DNA of 64,000 bases from a virus. Below, piece by piece: positions 1 to 9,227 of this stretch (its first letter is position 1; each line of letters starts with the position of its first letter). The stretch is from IMG/VR virus record IMGVR_UViG_3300023199_000051, positions 1 to 64,000 of that record. One strand, 5' to 3'. The notes below the pieces were generated by a model, which did not search any database, was not told where the DNA came from, and saw only the letters and a program-made list of their open reading frames with translations. Both the position numbers and the translations under genes were made by a program.

Positions 1-537
1 CTGGCCGTCGCCGACCTGCGCTACGCCGTCCTGCGCGACGCCAACCTGCGCGGCGCCGACCTGCACGGCGCCAACCTGCACGGCGCCAACCTGTACGACG
101 CCGACCTGCGCTACGCCGACCTGCACGGCGCCAACCTGCACGGCGCCAACCTGCACAATGCCGACCTGTACGGTGCCGACCTGACCGGGGCCCACCTGAC
201 CGCCGCCAACCTGACCGGGGCCCACCTGCACAATGCCGACCTGGGCGGCGCCGACCTGCGCGGCGCCGACCTACGCGACGCCGACCTACGCGACGCCACC
301 GGCATCGCAGCCTCGGAACCCGTCGGTGCCGAGCCGCGCACTGTCTACGCCGTCGCGGGTCACGACGACGGCGTGATGATCAAGGCCGGCTGCCGGTGGG
401 CCACGGTCGAGGTGACGATCGAGGCCATCGAAGAGCGGTACGCCGACGGCACCGGCAGAGAGAGCCACCGGGCCAAGTATATCGAGGCCGTGCGTGATGT
501 CGCTCGGCGAGCTGTTGCGACACTGGAGACGACATGA
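1..537 (+). CDS. Pentapeptide-repeat protein with phage-type C-terminal domain (5' truncated)
   Basis: Frame 1 open from base 1. About 20 A(D/N)LxG-type repeats in 15-bp units, then [11 protein letters not shown]...MIKAGCRW (DUF5758-like from memory). TGA at 535-537 overlaps the next ATG. Confidence 0.85.
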   Translation: MAVADLRYAVLRDANLRGADLHGANLHGANLYDADLRYADLHGANLHGANLHNADLYGADLTGAHLTAANLTGAHLHNADLGGADLRGADLRDADLRDATGIAASEPVGAEPRTVYAVAGHDDGVMIKAGCRWATVEVTIEAIEERYADGTGRESHRAKYIEAVRDVARRAVATLETT

Positions 538-1073
538 CCCCCCACGACCGACTCGACCTGTACATTGAAGAAGGCCGGCTCATCCGGCACGCTTGGACCC
601 GCGAGGAGGAGGGCCGGCACCACGCCTGTCTCCTCGCGGCACTCGCGCCAGAGACAGGCGAGGTCGAGAGCGCCGATGCGTGCCCCGCCGACCTGATGCC
701 AGTCTGGCTTGCCCACGTCACCGTGTGGCTCGACGACGCCGGAACCGAGGAGGCATGGTCCGGTCACGTCCGTCGCTACGCCAGCCTTGCTCGCCGATGG
801 CACGTCCTCGACAAAGAGACGTGGGAGCAAGTGCGCGTGGACTGGCTCACTGACGATGTGCTCCCCGAGGCGCTGGCTCACGTCACCGTCGATGAGTGGG
901 GCGTGCGTGAGGCTGTGGAAGGCGTGCGTCGCGCGCTGCGAGGAGACGGTGATTTGGATGCGGCGGCGGCGGAGGCGGATGCGGCGGATGCGGCGGAGTG
1001 GGCGACGACGGCGGCAGGCGAGTCACCGCTCCGGCGGCGTGTACGCGGTGTCACGGCTCCGTGGGCACCCTGA
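534..1073 (+). CDS. Phage hypothetical protein (ACLLAAL..CPADLMP family) with Ala-rich tail
   Basis: ATGA-coupled to the upstream gene; helical, Trp-rich sequence. Confidence 0.7.
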   Translation: MTPHDRLDLYIEEGRLIRHAWTREEEGRHHACLLAALAPETGEVESADACPADLMPVWLAHVTVWLDDAGTEEAWSGHVRRYASLARRWHVLDKETWEQVRVDWLTDDVLPEALAHVTVDEWGVREAVEGVRRALRGDGDLDAAAAEADAADAAEWATTAAGESPLRRRVRGVTAPWAP

Positions 1074-1150
1074 TCGTACAGTTCGACGGATCCCTGTTCG
1101 GCCCCGAGGAAGACGCTCGCGTGCTCAGCGGTCGGTGCAGGGTGTATTGA
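998..1150 (+). CDS. Possible 50-aa protein with CxxC (CTRCHGS)
   Basis: GTG 998 to TGA 1148-1150, TGATG-coupled to the next gene; overlaps the 3' end of 534..1073. Confidence 0.35.
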   Translation: MGDDGGRRVTAPAACTRCHGSVGTLIVQFDGSLFGPEEDARVLSGRCRVY

Positions 1151-1971
1151 TGACTGACTATTACCGAGTGACCACTCAGGACCTGCGCCCCCCGGTCCGT
1201 GGCGGAGATCCTACACCCCATCCCGGCCGGCTTCCCAGAGTCGATCTGGACACCAGCGAGCGCGCCTGCGCGCCCGGCTGGCACGTCAGTCTCACCCCCG
1301 AGAATGCGCTTCAGCTCTCCGGCCTGTGGCCAGGCGACCGCCCGGCGCGTCTGTGGCGGTGTCGGGCTGTCAAGGGCGAGCTGATCATCGAACGTGGACG
1401 TAAGCTTCGGGCAGCCACGTGGGACGTGGTGGAGGAGCTGGAGGTCACCGACGAGATCCTCGCTCGCCTGCACGCACCGATGGCGGGCGATGGCCTGACA
1501 GTCGAGGAGATCGTCTCCGAGGTCCAGGCGTGGAGGCATGCGCTGTCGCGGCCGACCAGAGACCGTGAGACGGTGCAGGCGGGGCTGCGTGAGGCGCTTC
1601 GCGTGCGGGAACTGGAGTGGGCCCTGGTTGAATACGACACCTCGCAGGCCGCCTGGGCCGCCTGGGCCGGCTGGGACGCCAGGGATGCCTGGAGTGCCAG
1701 GGCCGCCAGGAACGCCTGGTACGCCTGGGCCTCCAGGGACGCCTGGGCCTCCAGGGCCTCCAGGGGCGCCTGGGACGCCAGGGCCTCCTCCAGGGCCGCC
1801 TGGGCCGCCCTCACCGTGTACGTCGCCGCCCGACGCGGCTGGACGCAGCAGGACCCCCACCTGCTCACGACCGGCCTGCGCGACGCGTACGCCGCCGGGC
1901 TCGGTGTGACGGTGCCCGTTGATGGTGAACTCAGGTGGACGATGTACCCGAAGCAAGACAATGAGCAATGA
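1150..1971 (+). CDS. Phage protein with CAPGWH..KLRA N-terminal domain and AW-rich tripeptide repeats
   Basis: ATG 1150 in the 709..1971 frame; [15 protein letters not shown] repeats at about 1645-1810. Confidence 0.75.
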   Translation: MTDYYRVTTQDLRPPVRGGDPTPHPGRLPRVDLDTSERACAPGWHVSLTPENALQLSGLWPGDRPARLWRCRAVKGELIIERGRKLRAATWDVVEELEVTDEILARLHAPMAGDGLTVEEIVSEVQAWRHALSRPTRDRETVQAGLREALRVRELEWALVEYDTSQAAWAAWAGWDARDAWSARAARNAWYAWASRDAWASRASRGAWDARASSRAAWAALTVYVAARRGWTQQDPHLLTTGLRDAYAAGLGVTVPVDGELRWTMYPKQDNEQ

Positions 1972-2332
1972 CCTCCCCCGCTACTGCATCCACGGCCGCA
2001 GCGAGCTGATGGATTGTCCCAAGTGTGGTGCCGGGGACGAGGCGCTACTTGAGAGCATGCGTGTCCGCCGCCCCGACGCACACACGCTACGTCCTGGCGA
2101 GGTGGCGGTGCCCCGAGAGTGGCTGGAGCGCTTGCGGGGCCTGCCAGCTGGGTGGGAGCGCATGGCCGACATTGCCGGACCTTCCCTGGCACTTGCGGGA
2201 GCGGGGCTGGAGGCGGCTGCCGACGAGCTGGAGCAGCTTCTCACCTTGCTGGATGGTGAGGGTGCTGCGAGCGAGGACACCAGTGACGGACAAGACCCAA
2301 CGACAGTCCCGGAAACCCCCACTGCCACGTGA
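1961..2332 (+). CDS. Hypothetical protein, N-terminal CxH..CxxC
   Basis: ATG 1961 overlaps the upstream gene end; CIHG...CPKC. Confidence 0.6.
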   Translation: MSNDLPRYCIHGRSELMDCPKCGAGDEALLESMRVRRPDAHTLRPGEVAVPREWLERLRGLPAGWERMADIAGPSLALAGAGLEAAADELEQLLTLLDGEGAASEDTSDGQDPTTVPETPTAT

Positions 2333-2393
2333 CATAGTGGCTATCTGGTCCACAACAGGCTACGGTGGCTGTGTAGCCAGGGAGCAGTAGCCG

Positions 2394-2756
2394 TTGTCAC
2401 GCAATCACATCCTTCGGTACCGACTCGCGCAGAACGAGGTTGACCTGATCGATAAGGTCCGCGGCAGCTTGGCCCGGAGTCTGTGGATGCGGGAAGCCGC
2501 ACTGCGGTATGCCGGGCGCCAGGTGGAGGGCAGTGCAGCTTCCATCGAGAAGGCGGCGATCCGAGCGCGCTCGCGGAAGGGCACCAGCAACCGCACCACC
2601 TTCATCCGCTTCCGCCTCAATGATGACGAGATGGCCCAAGTGAACGCGCTACGGGGCCGAGGCAAGAAAGCGCCGTCTGCAGCATCATGGATGCGGGAAG
2701 CTGCACTGCGGTATGCAGAAGCCGCGGCCAAGCACCCGCACCAGATTGCGCTGTGA
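2394..2756 (+). CDS. Tandem ribbon-helix-helix (MobC/NikA-like) DNA-binding protein
   Basis: Two copies of (L/I)R(Y/F)RLxxxE...WMREAALRYA; follows the promoter-like motif at 2338-2366. Confidence 0.7.
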   Translation: MSRNHILRYRLAQNEVDLIDKVRGSLARSLWMREAALRYAGRQVEGSAASIEKAAIRARSRKGTSNRTTFIRFRLNDDEMAQVNALRGRGKKAPSAASWMREAALRYAEAAAKHPHQIAL

Positions 2757-3214
2757 AGCGGGTTGGAAGCCGCGTCTACCTCCATCGTGGTGCCCTCCAC
2801 GAGCTGACGAACGCCCAGCAGCAGACGGTGGAAGCAGCAGCGGATCACCTGCTGGTGTCGGGGTGGGACATTGTACGGCTCAACCTGGACTTGCAGGCGG
2901 TCATGTTCGGGTGGACCACGAGCTGGGACACCGACCCCCACCCGAAGCTCCAGCAGAGCCAGGTGGTGCACAAGGTCCGAGGGCGGTGGGTGGCGCAGCC
3001 GCGTGCGCACTACAAGGATCGGCCCGTCTACCACCGCAAGGACTTGATGGTGGCCAAAGACCATCCAGACCGGGAGCTGTTTGCCAAGCTCACCAGGCAG
3101 GAAGCAGATGCGGGCCTGCTCGGCCGCCCGGACATCGGCCGTGAATCGTCTTGGGAGCGCCTGCTCGAACAGGAAGGCTGGAAGGTGGTCGGGCATAGGC
3201 TTGTGCGGCGCTAG
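2753..3214 (+). CDS. Stand-alone accessory domain of the DNA phosphorothioation-associated putative methyltransferase family (TIGR04096-like)
   Basis: KRVGSRVYLH..AL, DTDPHPKL..S, YHRKD.MV..DHP...FAKLT.QE..AGLL...IG....W..LL...G....GH.L match my recollection of that family. GTGA-coupled. Confidence 0.7.
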   Translation: MKRVGSRVYLHRGALHELTNAQQQTVEAAADHLLVSGWDIVRLNLDLQAVMFGWTTSWDTDPHPKLQQSQVVHKVRGRWVAQPRAHYKDRPVYHRKDLMVAKDHPDRELFAKLTRQEADAGLLGRPDIGRESSWERLLEQEGWKVVGHRLVRR

Positions 3215-3262
3215 CCCTCACGGCGTAGCCCTGGTGGCATTCGGCGTGCTAGTTTGAAGGCC

Positions 3263-4081
3263 ATGCCCCACCAGCCTCCCGCCCTGTCTCTCCCTGCCCG
3301 CCTGGAGCTTGTGAAGGTGGATCCGTGCATCCGGTCCAGCTTCAAAGGAAGCGACGGCACGTACTGGTCGCTGTCGAAGCTCTCGACCTTCACCGGATAC
3401 GCGCCTCCAGATCACGCCGAAGCTCTCCTCAAGCTCCACCATCTCGTAGAAGGGGCTGGCGGCACTCTGTACGCCACAGAGCTGTGGCGCGATCGAACTG
3501 TCAGCGACCGCGAGCATGCGAAGTGGGCTCGGTGGCAGGAGGACCAGAAGAACGGGGTAGCTTTCAACAAGGCCAAGCACCGGAAGGCGTACGCGAAGCC
3601 TGGAGGCCTGTCGAACCACAATGCAGGCCGTGCGGCCGACTTCTGGGTGACGGACCGCAGTGACAGCGGTGCTCGTGTCCCCGTCATGTTCCCTGGCCTG
3701 CCTGCCAACAAGAACCTCGACAAGCTGTGGGAGCTGGCGATGCCACTGGGCTTTACGCCCATCATCGACTACCCAGACGAGAACCGGGAAGAGAGCTGGC
3801 ACATGGACTTCATGGGGCCCTGGACACACGTTCAGGAGCGACGAGGTGTCGATGAAGCAGCCATGGCCGCGTGCCTCGACGTCGGTCTCGGGGGCTACCC
3901 TGGAGACCGTGACCTGGCGCGCGCTCTGCAGGCTCAGGTCCATCGGTGCGGGCAAGACATCGGGAAGATCGATGGGTACCTCGGAGGCAAGACGAAGGAA
4001 GGCCTGCGTTGCCTCGGGCTCCCCGAAGACACCACGGACCCTTGTGAGCTGTTCGGTCTGCCCACAGCTGCCTACGGGTAG
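3263..4081 (+). CDS. Endolysin, peptidase M15-like plus C-terminal peptidoglycan-binding domain
   Basis: PGGLSNHNAGRAADF and ESWHMDF zinc motifs; LQAQV...IDGYLGGKT PG-binding motif. Confidence 0.8.
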   Translation: MPHQPPALSLPARLELVKVDPCIRSSFKGSDGTYWSLSKLSTFTGYAPPDHAEALLKLHHLVEGAGGTLYATELWRDRTVSDREHAKWARWQEDQKNGVAFNKAKHRKAYAKPGGLSNHNAGRAADFWVTDRSDSGARVPVMFPGLPANKNLDKLWELAMPLGFTPIIDYPDENREESWHMDFMGPWTHVQERRGVDEAAMAACLDVGLGGYPGDRDLARALQAQVHRCGQDIGKIDGYLGGKTKEGLRCLGLPEDTTDPCELFGLPTAAYG

Positions 4082-4119
4082 CACTGGCCCGCGTAGCGTG
4101 CGCGGAGTACACTGGCGGC

Positions 4120-4479
4120 ATGCCGAAAGACAAGATCATGTGGATCGCCGTCGCGGTGGCCGTACTGCTGGTCATCATTGCTGCCCTGGTGTTCTTCACG
4201 GGCGGGGGTAGCCAGAACTCCCAGCTGGCAGCTGGTGCAGCTGCTGGCGCTCTTGCAGCTGCTGCAGCTCGCGGCAGGGCTAAGCAGAAGGCCGACAAGG
4301 CGCTGGACGCCAACGAGCGCACCCAGGGGGACCTCGAAGGGATTACGGGTGACCTGTCCGACAATGCTGCCGGGGTTGAAGAGGACGCGGCCCGCAACCG
4401 TGAAACCACCGCGAAGATGTCCGATGCCGCCAAGTTAGAAGCCGGCAACAACCGCCTCAAACCGAGAGACCCCTCATGA
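4120..4479 (+). CDS. N-terminally anchored membrane protein with coiled tail (holin/spanin-like)
   Basis: Strong TM segment WIAVAVAVLLVIIAALVFF; follows the endolysin. Confidence 0.6.
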   Translation: MPKDKIMWIAVAVAVLLVIIAALVFFTGGGSQNSQLAAGAAAGALAAAAARGRAKQKADKALDANERTQGDLEGITGDLSDNAAGVEEDAARNRETTAKMSDAAKLEAGNNRLKPRDPS

Positions 4480-5096
4480 CACGCCGACAAGTCGTAAGCC
4501 TCGCATCCACCCTGATCACGCTCATCGTTGTGGGCGTGCTGCTTCGGCTGCACACGCAGATCCCCCACGTGCCTGTCCAGGGTGAGTGGGAGTCCGCACC
4601 CGTTGTGCAGGTGTGCAGCACAGCTCCAGAGTGGGTGACGGAGTCGTTGCCTGCAGCGCGAAGCTACTGGGAGCGGCTCGGGTACGAGACGGGCAGCGTC
4701 GAGCTTGGCGACTGTGCTTCTCTGTGCAGTGTCGGGGATGAGCGTGAAGTACCTTGCAGCGAAGGGAAGATCCTGATCGACCTTCGTGACCAAGGCTTCG
4801 ACGGCAGCCATGGAGGCGAGACGGTGTCTCCCACCAGTGCTGACCGGGAGTGGGCGACTGTGCTGGCGCCTGGCGCTGTGGTGGTGGGATCCGACAACCC
4901 TGCCGACACAAGGACGCTTCCCGAGGACATCCAGGACATCATGCTCGCTCACGAGCTGGGGCACGCGCTCGGCTTCGGGCATGCTACGACACGCGTGTGC
5001 GGCCCCGTGGCAGGCCACCCCACCGGCCACATCATGCACCCCGAGATGCACAGCATGGGGTGGAGCAGTACAGGTATCCCAGGCGAAGCATCGTGA
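4476..5096 (+). CDS. Membrane-anchored zinc metalloprotease (metzincin/matrixin-like)
   Basis: HELGHALGFGH (HExxHxxGxxH), Met-turn HIMHP, N-terminal TM/signal. Confidence 0.8.
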   Translation: MTRRQVVSLASTLITLIVVGVLLRLHTQIPHVPVQGEWESAPVVQVCSTAPEWVTESLPAARSYWERLGYETGSVELGDCASLCSVGDEREVPCSEGKILIDLRDQGFDGSHGGETVSPTSADREWATVLAPGAVVVGSDNPADTRTLPEDIQDIMLAHELGHALGFGHATTRVCGPVAGHPTGHIMHPEMHSMGWSSTGIPGEAS

Positions 5097-5590
5097 GGTT
5101 TGAAACCCTCACCGTGGCCATCGGTATCCTGCTCGGTCTTCTCATCCCAGGCATCGCGTACAGCGCTCCCCCCGAGCCGTCGAAGGCCATCAGCGGCCCA
5201 CACCCCCCAGGCACCACGCTCACGGTCCCTGTGGAGTCCTGGGTGCTTCCTACTCCCTTCTACGATGAATGTCTAGCCATCACCTACGACGTGGATGATC
5301 TGCAGACGCGACTGGACCGCTGCACCGAGCTGGGGTCCCACAGTGCCGAGCAGGCAATGCAGGCCCTCGACCTGTCCAGCAAGGCGCTGAAAGCCGCGAA
5401 TGCTCAGATGGACGACGACGGGAACCGCGTCGAGGAGCTGACCCTGAAGCTGCTCGATGCGCAGCGCGTAGTCGATGAGAAGAACGCGAAGATTGGGCAG
5501 CTCAAGAGTCAGCGAAACACGGCTGTTGCCGTGACGACTGGCGTCGTGATCACACTGGGCACCATCGCCGCGGTGAGCCTGTCCCCGTAA
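5093..5590 (+). CDS. Signal peptide + coiled coil + C-terminal TM protein (spanin-like)
   Basis: GTGA overlap; hydrophobic N- and C-termini with heptad-like middle. Confidence 0.6.
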   Translation: MRFETLTVAIGILLGLLIPGIAYSAPPEPSKAISGPHPPGTTLTVPVESWVLPTPFYDECLAITYDVDDLQTRLDRCTELGSHSAEQAMQALDLSSKALKAANAQMDDDGNRVEELTLKLLDAQRVVDEKNAKIGQLKSQRNTAVAVTTGVVITLGTIAAVSLSP

Positions 5591-5905
5591 GGCACGTTCG
5601 GCACCACTTCATACCAGCACGTGATCCTGTCTTCTGCTGTGCTCTCCTCTCTCGGCCACAGAAGAAACAGGTTGCCACTAGTTAGCTTCTAGCGTGGTTA
5701 TGCCGCAGCATGCGGACAGCCCGATGCGCGGCAAGGACAAAAAAGTCACGGTGAATAGTGCACACGGACCCAGGTACATGCTATGCAGTGGGTGCACGTC
5801 CCGTGCTCCTGCCTTGCGGCGGGGTGTTCAGTCAAACGGTGTTGGGGGCGTCGAGGCAGTTGTCGCAGGCTTCCTCGGCGTCCTCACTTCGTTGTGGGTG
5901 CGCTG

Positions 5906-6403
5906 TCAATCTGCTTGGGACTTCTCGGCGGCTACCTGGGACTTCTCGATGACGGAGGTAGCACCCGGCGGCTTCAGGCAGCTGACACCTGCACGCGCCA
6001 GCCAGCCATTCCACGTGGCCGCGACTATGTAGTGGTCCGCGATGTCCTTGCCAGCTACCACTGCACTGCCGAAGCACCACCAGCGCGTCTTCTTGAACCG
6101 CTCGAACTCGCGCTGCGTGCCGGGGCTCATGCTGCCGTCATCCCGCAGGAGCACCCACAGCTCACCGTAGCGGTGCTCCGCGACCAGGTCGACCAGCGCA
6201 CACACCGCACGCAACCCGCGCTCGCGCTCGGAGGGGCTGCCGTCATCTCCGTAGGCTCCGGCCGCAATGCCTGGGTGCACAACAATGGGAGCAAGGCCTA
6301 TCTTGACGGCAAGCATGGACAGCTGACAGGCGCGCTGCACATTGACATCGACGTCGCCTGCGAAGGGGGCTGCGATGTAGACGGGTGAGGGTGCGAGGGT
6401 CAT
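5906..6403 (-). CDS. DUF4406/DUF7768-like (nucleoside deoxyribosyltransferase fold) protein
   Basis: VYIAAPFAGDVDVNVQRA...ELWVL...SPGTQRE; GGAG RBS before ATG 6403. Confidence 0.7.
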   Translation of the reverse strand: MTLAPSPVYIAAPFAGDVDVNVQRACQLSMLAVKIGLAPIVVHPGIAAGAYGDDGSPSERERGLRAVCALVDLVAEHRYGELWVLLRDDGSMSPGTQREFERFKKTRWWCFGSAVVAGKDIADHYIVAATWNGWLARAGVSCLKPPGATSVIEKSQVAAEKSQAD

Positions 6404-6467
6404 CGTCAAACTCCTACCCATTCGGGCTGATACTGATCACTGATTTCGATGTCGTTGTAGGGTCCAT

Positions 6468-7562
6468 TCATTCGATGAAGCCCAGCATGCGCAGGAAGGC
6501 TCCCCGCTCCCGCTTGCTCCCGGCGCCGTGCCGGTCGAGGAGGGGGCGCAGGTGGTCTAGGACCACCTTGCGGTTGACCTCGGCCGGCACGTCGTCGCAC
6601 AAGCCGTCGATGACATGTACCTCCAGCAGCTCTCGAAGCACAGCCAGCTCCTGCCGGCTGAAGGTGTAGGCCTCGAAGGTGTAGTCGTTCCACGCCTCGA
6701 AGGTCATGGGGGCCCAGGCGGCCACAACCTGGCCGATGACATTGGCGTAGCTGCGGATCTCCAGCTGCGCGTGGTCGTCCATCCGCAGCGACAGGTAGTG
6801 CAGCAGGTTCCGAAGGTCGACCTTCCAGTAGTACTCAGTGAAGGTGGACAGCGGCAGGTCCTTGCGGGCCTGCTCCTTGGCCACACCGAACGTCAGGCGC
6901 TCGTTGTAGATCTCACCACACAGCTCGTGCAGCTCGCGCTCGCGGCTCGTCAGGTACTCACCGGGCGACAGTGCTTCTTCCCCCTCGGGGATTCCGTAGC
7001 GAGCCTCATCCCCGAAGATGTCTCCCCAGTCCTCCGGGAGGAAGCCGCCGCTGCCCTGCTTGTTGTGCCTGGCCTGCACCCGCCAGGCGTCCGGCGGTGT
7101 CTCCTGCCGCGCGTCGATGGCCGGCTGGTAGCGCGTGCTGTACTCATTGACGTTCGCGGTCCGGTGGCGGATCTGCTGCCGGTGTGCGTCCATCGGCATG
7201 CGGATGTGGAACTTGGCCTCGGCCATCTCGAAGGGGGTGCCGTGTCTGTGCCGCATCATGTAGCGGATGAGCCCTCGATCCCCGAGCTTGCAGTGTCCAG
7301 GTGAATCCACGTGCTTGGGGTGGAGCATATCGAGGGCGGCCGTCTCCCTGCAGGTGGCACACGTGGCACCCTCACCCTCCTGCTTCCACTTGTGCTCCGA
7401 CAGCCCCTTGCCGTAGCTCACGCGGGCGGCCTGCACGACGGCGTAGTCGTCACCCATGACGTCGACCAGGCGCACGTGGCCCTGGTCGAGCACTTGATGA
7501 GCCTCGGTGAAGTGCCGCAGGCGTGCAGGGATGTTCGGTTCGAGAGGGTCCGGGTAGTCCAT
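6468..7562 (-). CDS. thyX: Flavin-dependent thymidylate synthase with insertions
   Basis: VVQAARVSY, RHRHGTPFEM, ThyX motif RHRTANVNEYSTRY, EQARKDLP, DLRNLLHYL.LR...AQLEIR. Confidence 0.95.
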   Translation of the reverse strand: MDYPDPLEPNIPARLRHFTEAHQVLDQGHVRLVDVMGDDYAVVQAARVSYGKGLSEHKWKQEGEGATCATCRETAALDMLHPKHVDSPGHCKLGDRGLIRYMMRHRHGTPFEMAEAKFHIRMPMDAHRQQIRHRTANVNEYSTRYQPAIDARQETPPDAWRVQARHNKQGSGGFLPEDWGDIFGDEARYGIPEGEEALSPGEYLTSRERELHELCGEIYNERLTFGVAKEQARKDLPLSTFTEYYWKVDLRNLLHYLSLRMDDHAQLEIRSYANVIGQVVAAWAPMTFEAWNDYTFEAYTFSRQELAVLRELLEVHVIDGLCDDVPAEVNRKVVLDHLRPLLDRHGAGSKRERGAFLRMLGFIE

Positions 7563-7566
7563 GGTG

Positions 7567-8115
7567 TCAGTCCTCGGGGGTCAGTGGTGTCTCCCCCTCA
7601 CCAGAGGGAGAGCTTACCGTGGCATGTTGGAGAGAGGGGTGAGCTGGGGCTCCTGCCGTGACACGCCAAACATGCCACTCAGGCCACGCGCTAGTCAGGA
7701 GGTGCGCGAAGGTCTTGGTGTTCTCGATGTGGCTGCCTGGCGGGTTGTTGGCCATGTCAGGAGAAGCAAAGTAGGTGACGCGGCCCGGTTGCTTGGCAGC
7801 TGCCACCGAGAACGCACGTGGAGGCTCTGGAGCTGCGCGTTCTTCTTCTCGGGCACCACTCCCGTCTTTCAGGTGTTGCACATTGGAGTTGAGCCACTTG
7901 TAGCACTCGGTGAACCACCGTATGGCCTGGACACGCAGCTCCAGGCTGCCCCGGTGCCCCTCAACAACCTCGTGGAAGATCATGCCGGAGCGGCCTAGCT
8001 TCGGGTGCTTCACAGCGCACACAAGCACCCACCTGCGGTTCGTCTCGGGGTCTACGCCTGCATCAGCAGACAGGAACCACACACCGTTGTCGAGGGAGGG
8101 GGGCTGCTTGCTCAT
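7567..8115 (-). CDS. Hypothetical protein
   Basis: ATG 8115 overlaps the stop of the upstream gene; part of a - strand run. Confidence 0.6.
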   Translation of the reverse strand: MSKQPPSLDNGVWFLSADAGVDPETNRRWVLVCAVKHPKLGRSGMIFHEVVEGHRGSLELRVQAIRWFTECYKWLNSNVQHLKDGSGAREEERAAPEPPRAFSVAAAKQPGRVTYFASPDMANNPPGSHIENTKTFAHLLTSAWPEWHVWRVTAGAPAHPSLQHATVSSPSGEGETPLTPED

Positions 8116-8669
8116 GCTGCATCCCCAGGAGCCCAGTCCAGCAAGCTGCGGTAGTCCCACTTCTCACCGAGTGCGTCGATGATGCTGATCCTGTTGAGAC
8201 ACCACCCACCCCGGTACTCCCGAGCGGGCCGCACGCCTACGGTGCCCTCCACTGCGCACACCTTGCCGTTGTACAGCAGCACGTGAGATGGAACCTGGAT
8301 GCGGTGGTACACGAAGTCGATGCCCTTGTCGGTGGGACGCCACATGCCCGAGGTGCGCTTGTTGGCTGGTGTGGCCGGAGACAGCTCAGCCATGCCCCAG
8401 TACACGAGCTTGGCGTAGTCTCCCCCACGGACCGGGAAGGCCTTGATGTCAACCCAGGTGCCCGTGACCTCGTAGGTGCGGACGAGGAACACGAGCCACG
8501 CCGCCATCTTGTCGTACAGGCCGCGAGGGTAGATGGCGCAGGTCTGTGAGCAGCAAGGGCACTCGGCCTGGTCCCCTTCGAGCATGATGTCGAGCAGCTT
8601 CTTGGCGCCCTCACCGATGGTGTGCATGGGGGTGAGTCCCGTCGATCTGGACTTGCCTTTCGTGCTCAT
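8112..8669 (-). CDS. Phage protein with CPCC knuckle and probable winged helix
   Basis: ECPCCSQ...GGDYAKLVYWG...SGMWRPTDKG. Confidence 0.65.
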   Translation of the reverse strand: MSTKGKSRSTGLTPMHTIGEGAKKLLDIMLEGDQAECPCCSQTCAIYPRGLYDKMAAWLVFLVRTYEVTGTWVDIKAFPVRGGDYAKLVYWGMAELSPATPANKRTSGMWRPTDKGIDFVYHRIQVPSHVLLYNGKVCAVEGTVGVRPAREYRGGWCLNRISIIDALGEKWDYRSLLDWAPGDAA

Positions 8670-8697
8670 GGTTCGTCTCCAGGTGAAGGGGCTGTGG

Positions 8698-8922
8698 TCA
8701 CGAGGGCACTTCCAAGTCGAGAGCTACCATCTGCTTCTCGATGAGCGCTGTGATCTCCCCGTCTTCTTTCTCAACCGCGACTCGGTGCCAGGCCGGCAGT
8801 AGCTTGCGGAGCGTCTTCACGATCGTGATGCGAGGCCCGCTAAGGCACTCCTGGTAGCCACTCGACGTGCGGAGGTAGAACCGGCCGTGTCGCCAGCCAC
8901 AGAACGGTGTAGGGATGGACAT
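8698..8922 (-). CDS. Hypothetical protein
   Basis: Coupled to the upstream ORF at 8922. Confidence 0.45.
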   Translation of the reverse strand: MSIPTPFCGWRHGRFYLRTSSGYQECLSGPRITIVKTLRKLLPAWHRVAVEKEDGEITALIEKQMVALDLEVPS

Positions 8923-9227
8923 CAGGAATCACCACTGTTCGTATCGAGTCCCTCAATCCCTTCCATGACGTCGGCCACAAGCTTCTCCCGCCAGCCACGG
9001 CCCTTGTACCGCTTTCCTTTGGCCAGGGGCTTCGCCCACGATGAGGCGCTGTTGCGGAGGATGTACCAGTGCCGCACTCCGTAGTGAGTGCTCCTGATGG
9101 TCAGGTTGTGCGTATCACTGCGCGCCTTCACTTTGTACCGCGGAGGACGCACCGACCATCCAGAGGGCAGCTGGTCCTCCAGCATGGCAACAATCTTCTT
9201 GCAGTCGTCTTTGGTCAGTTCAGGCAC
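8922..9227 (-). CDS. Hypothetical basic protein
   Basis: GTG 9227 overlaps the upstream gene end. Confidence 0.55.
   Translation of the reverse strand: MPELTKDDCKKIVAMLEDQLPSGWSVRPPRYKVKARSDTHNLTIRSTHYGVRHWYILRNSASSWAKPLAKGKRYKGRGWREKLVADVMEGIEGLDTNSGDS

Noticed and set aside
1-1810. Diversity-generating retroelement VR/TR
   Set aside because: No reverse transcriptase in the window and no long repeat pair differing only at adenines; variation is among short tandem units.
1051-1968. Collagen-like GPG-rich ORF on the - strand
   Set aside because: It is the antisense shadow of the GCC-TGG-GCC repeats in the + strand gene, which is coupled to its neighbours.
5590-5830. ncRNA or tRNA in the intergenic gap between convergent blocks
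   Set aside because: No cloverleaf, T-loop or clear terminator found by eye; an Infernal scan would be needed.
6468-7562. Intein or intron in thyX
   Set aside because: Inserts are about 30-40 aa, in frame, without splicing or homing endonuclease motifs.
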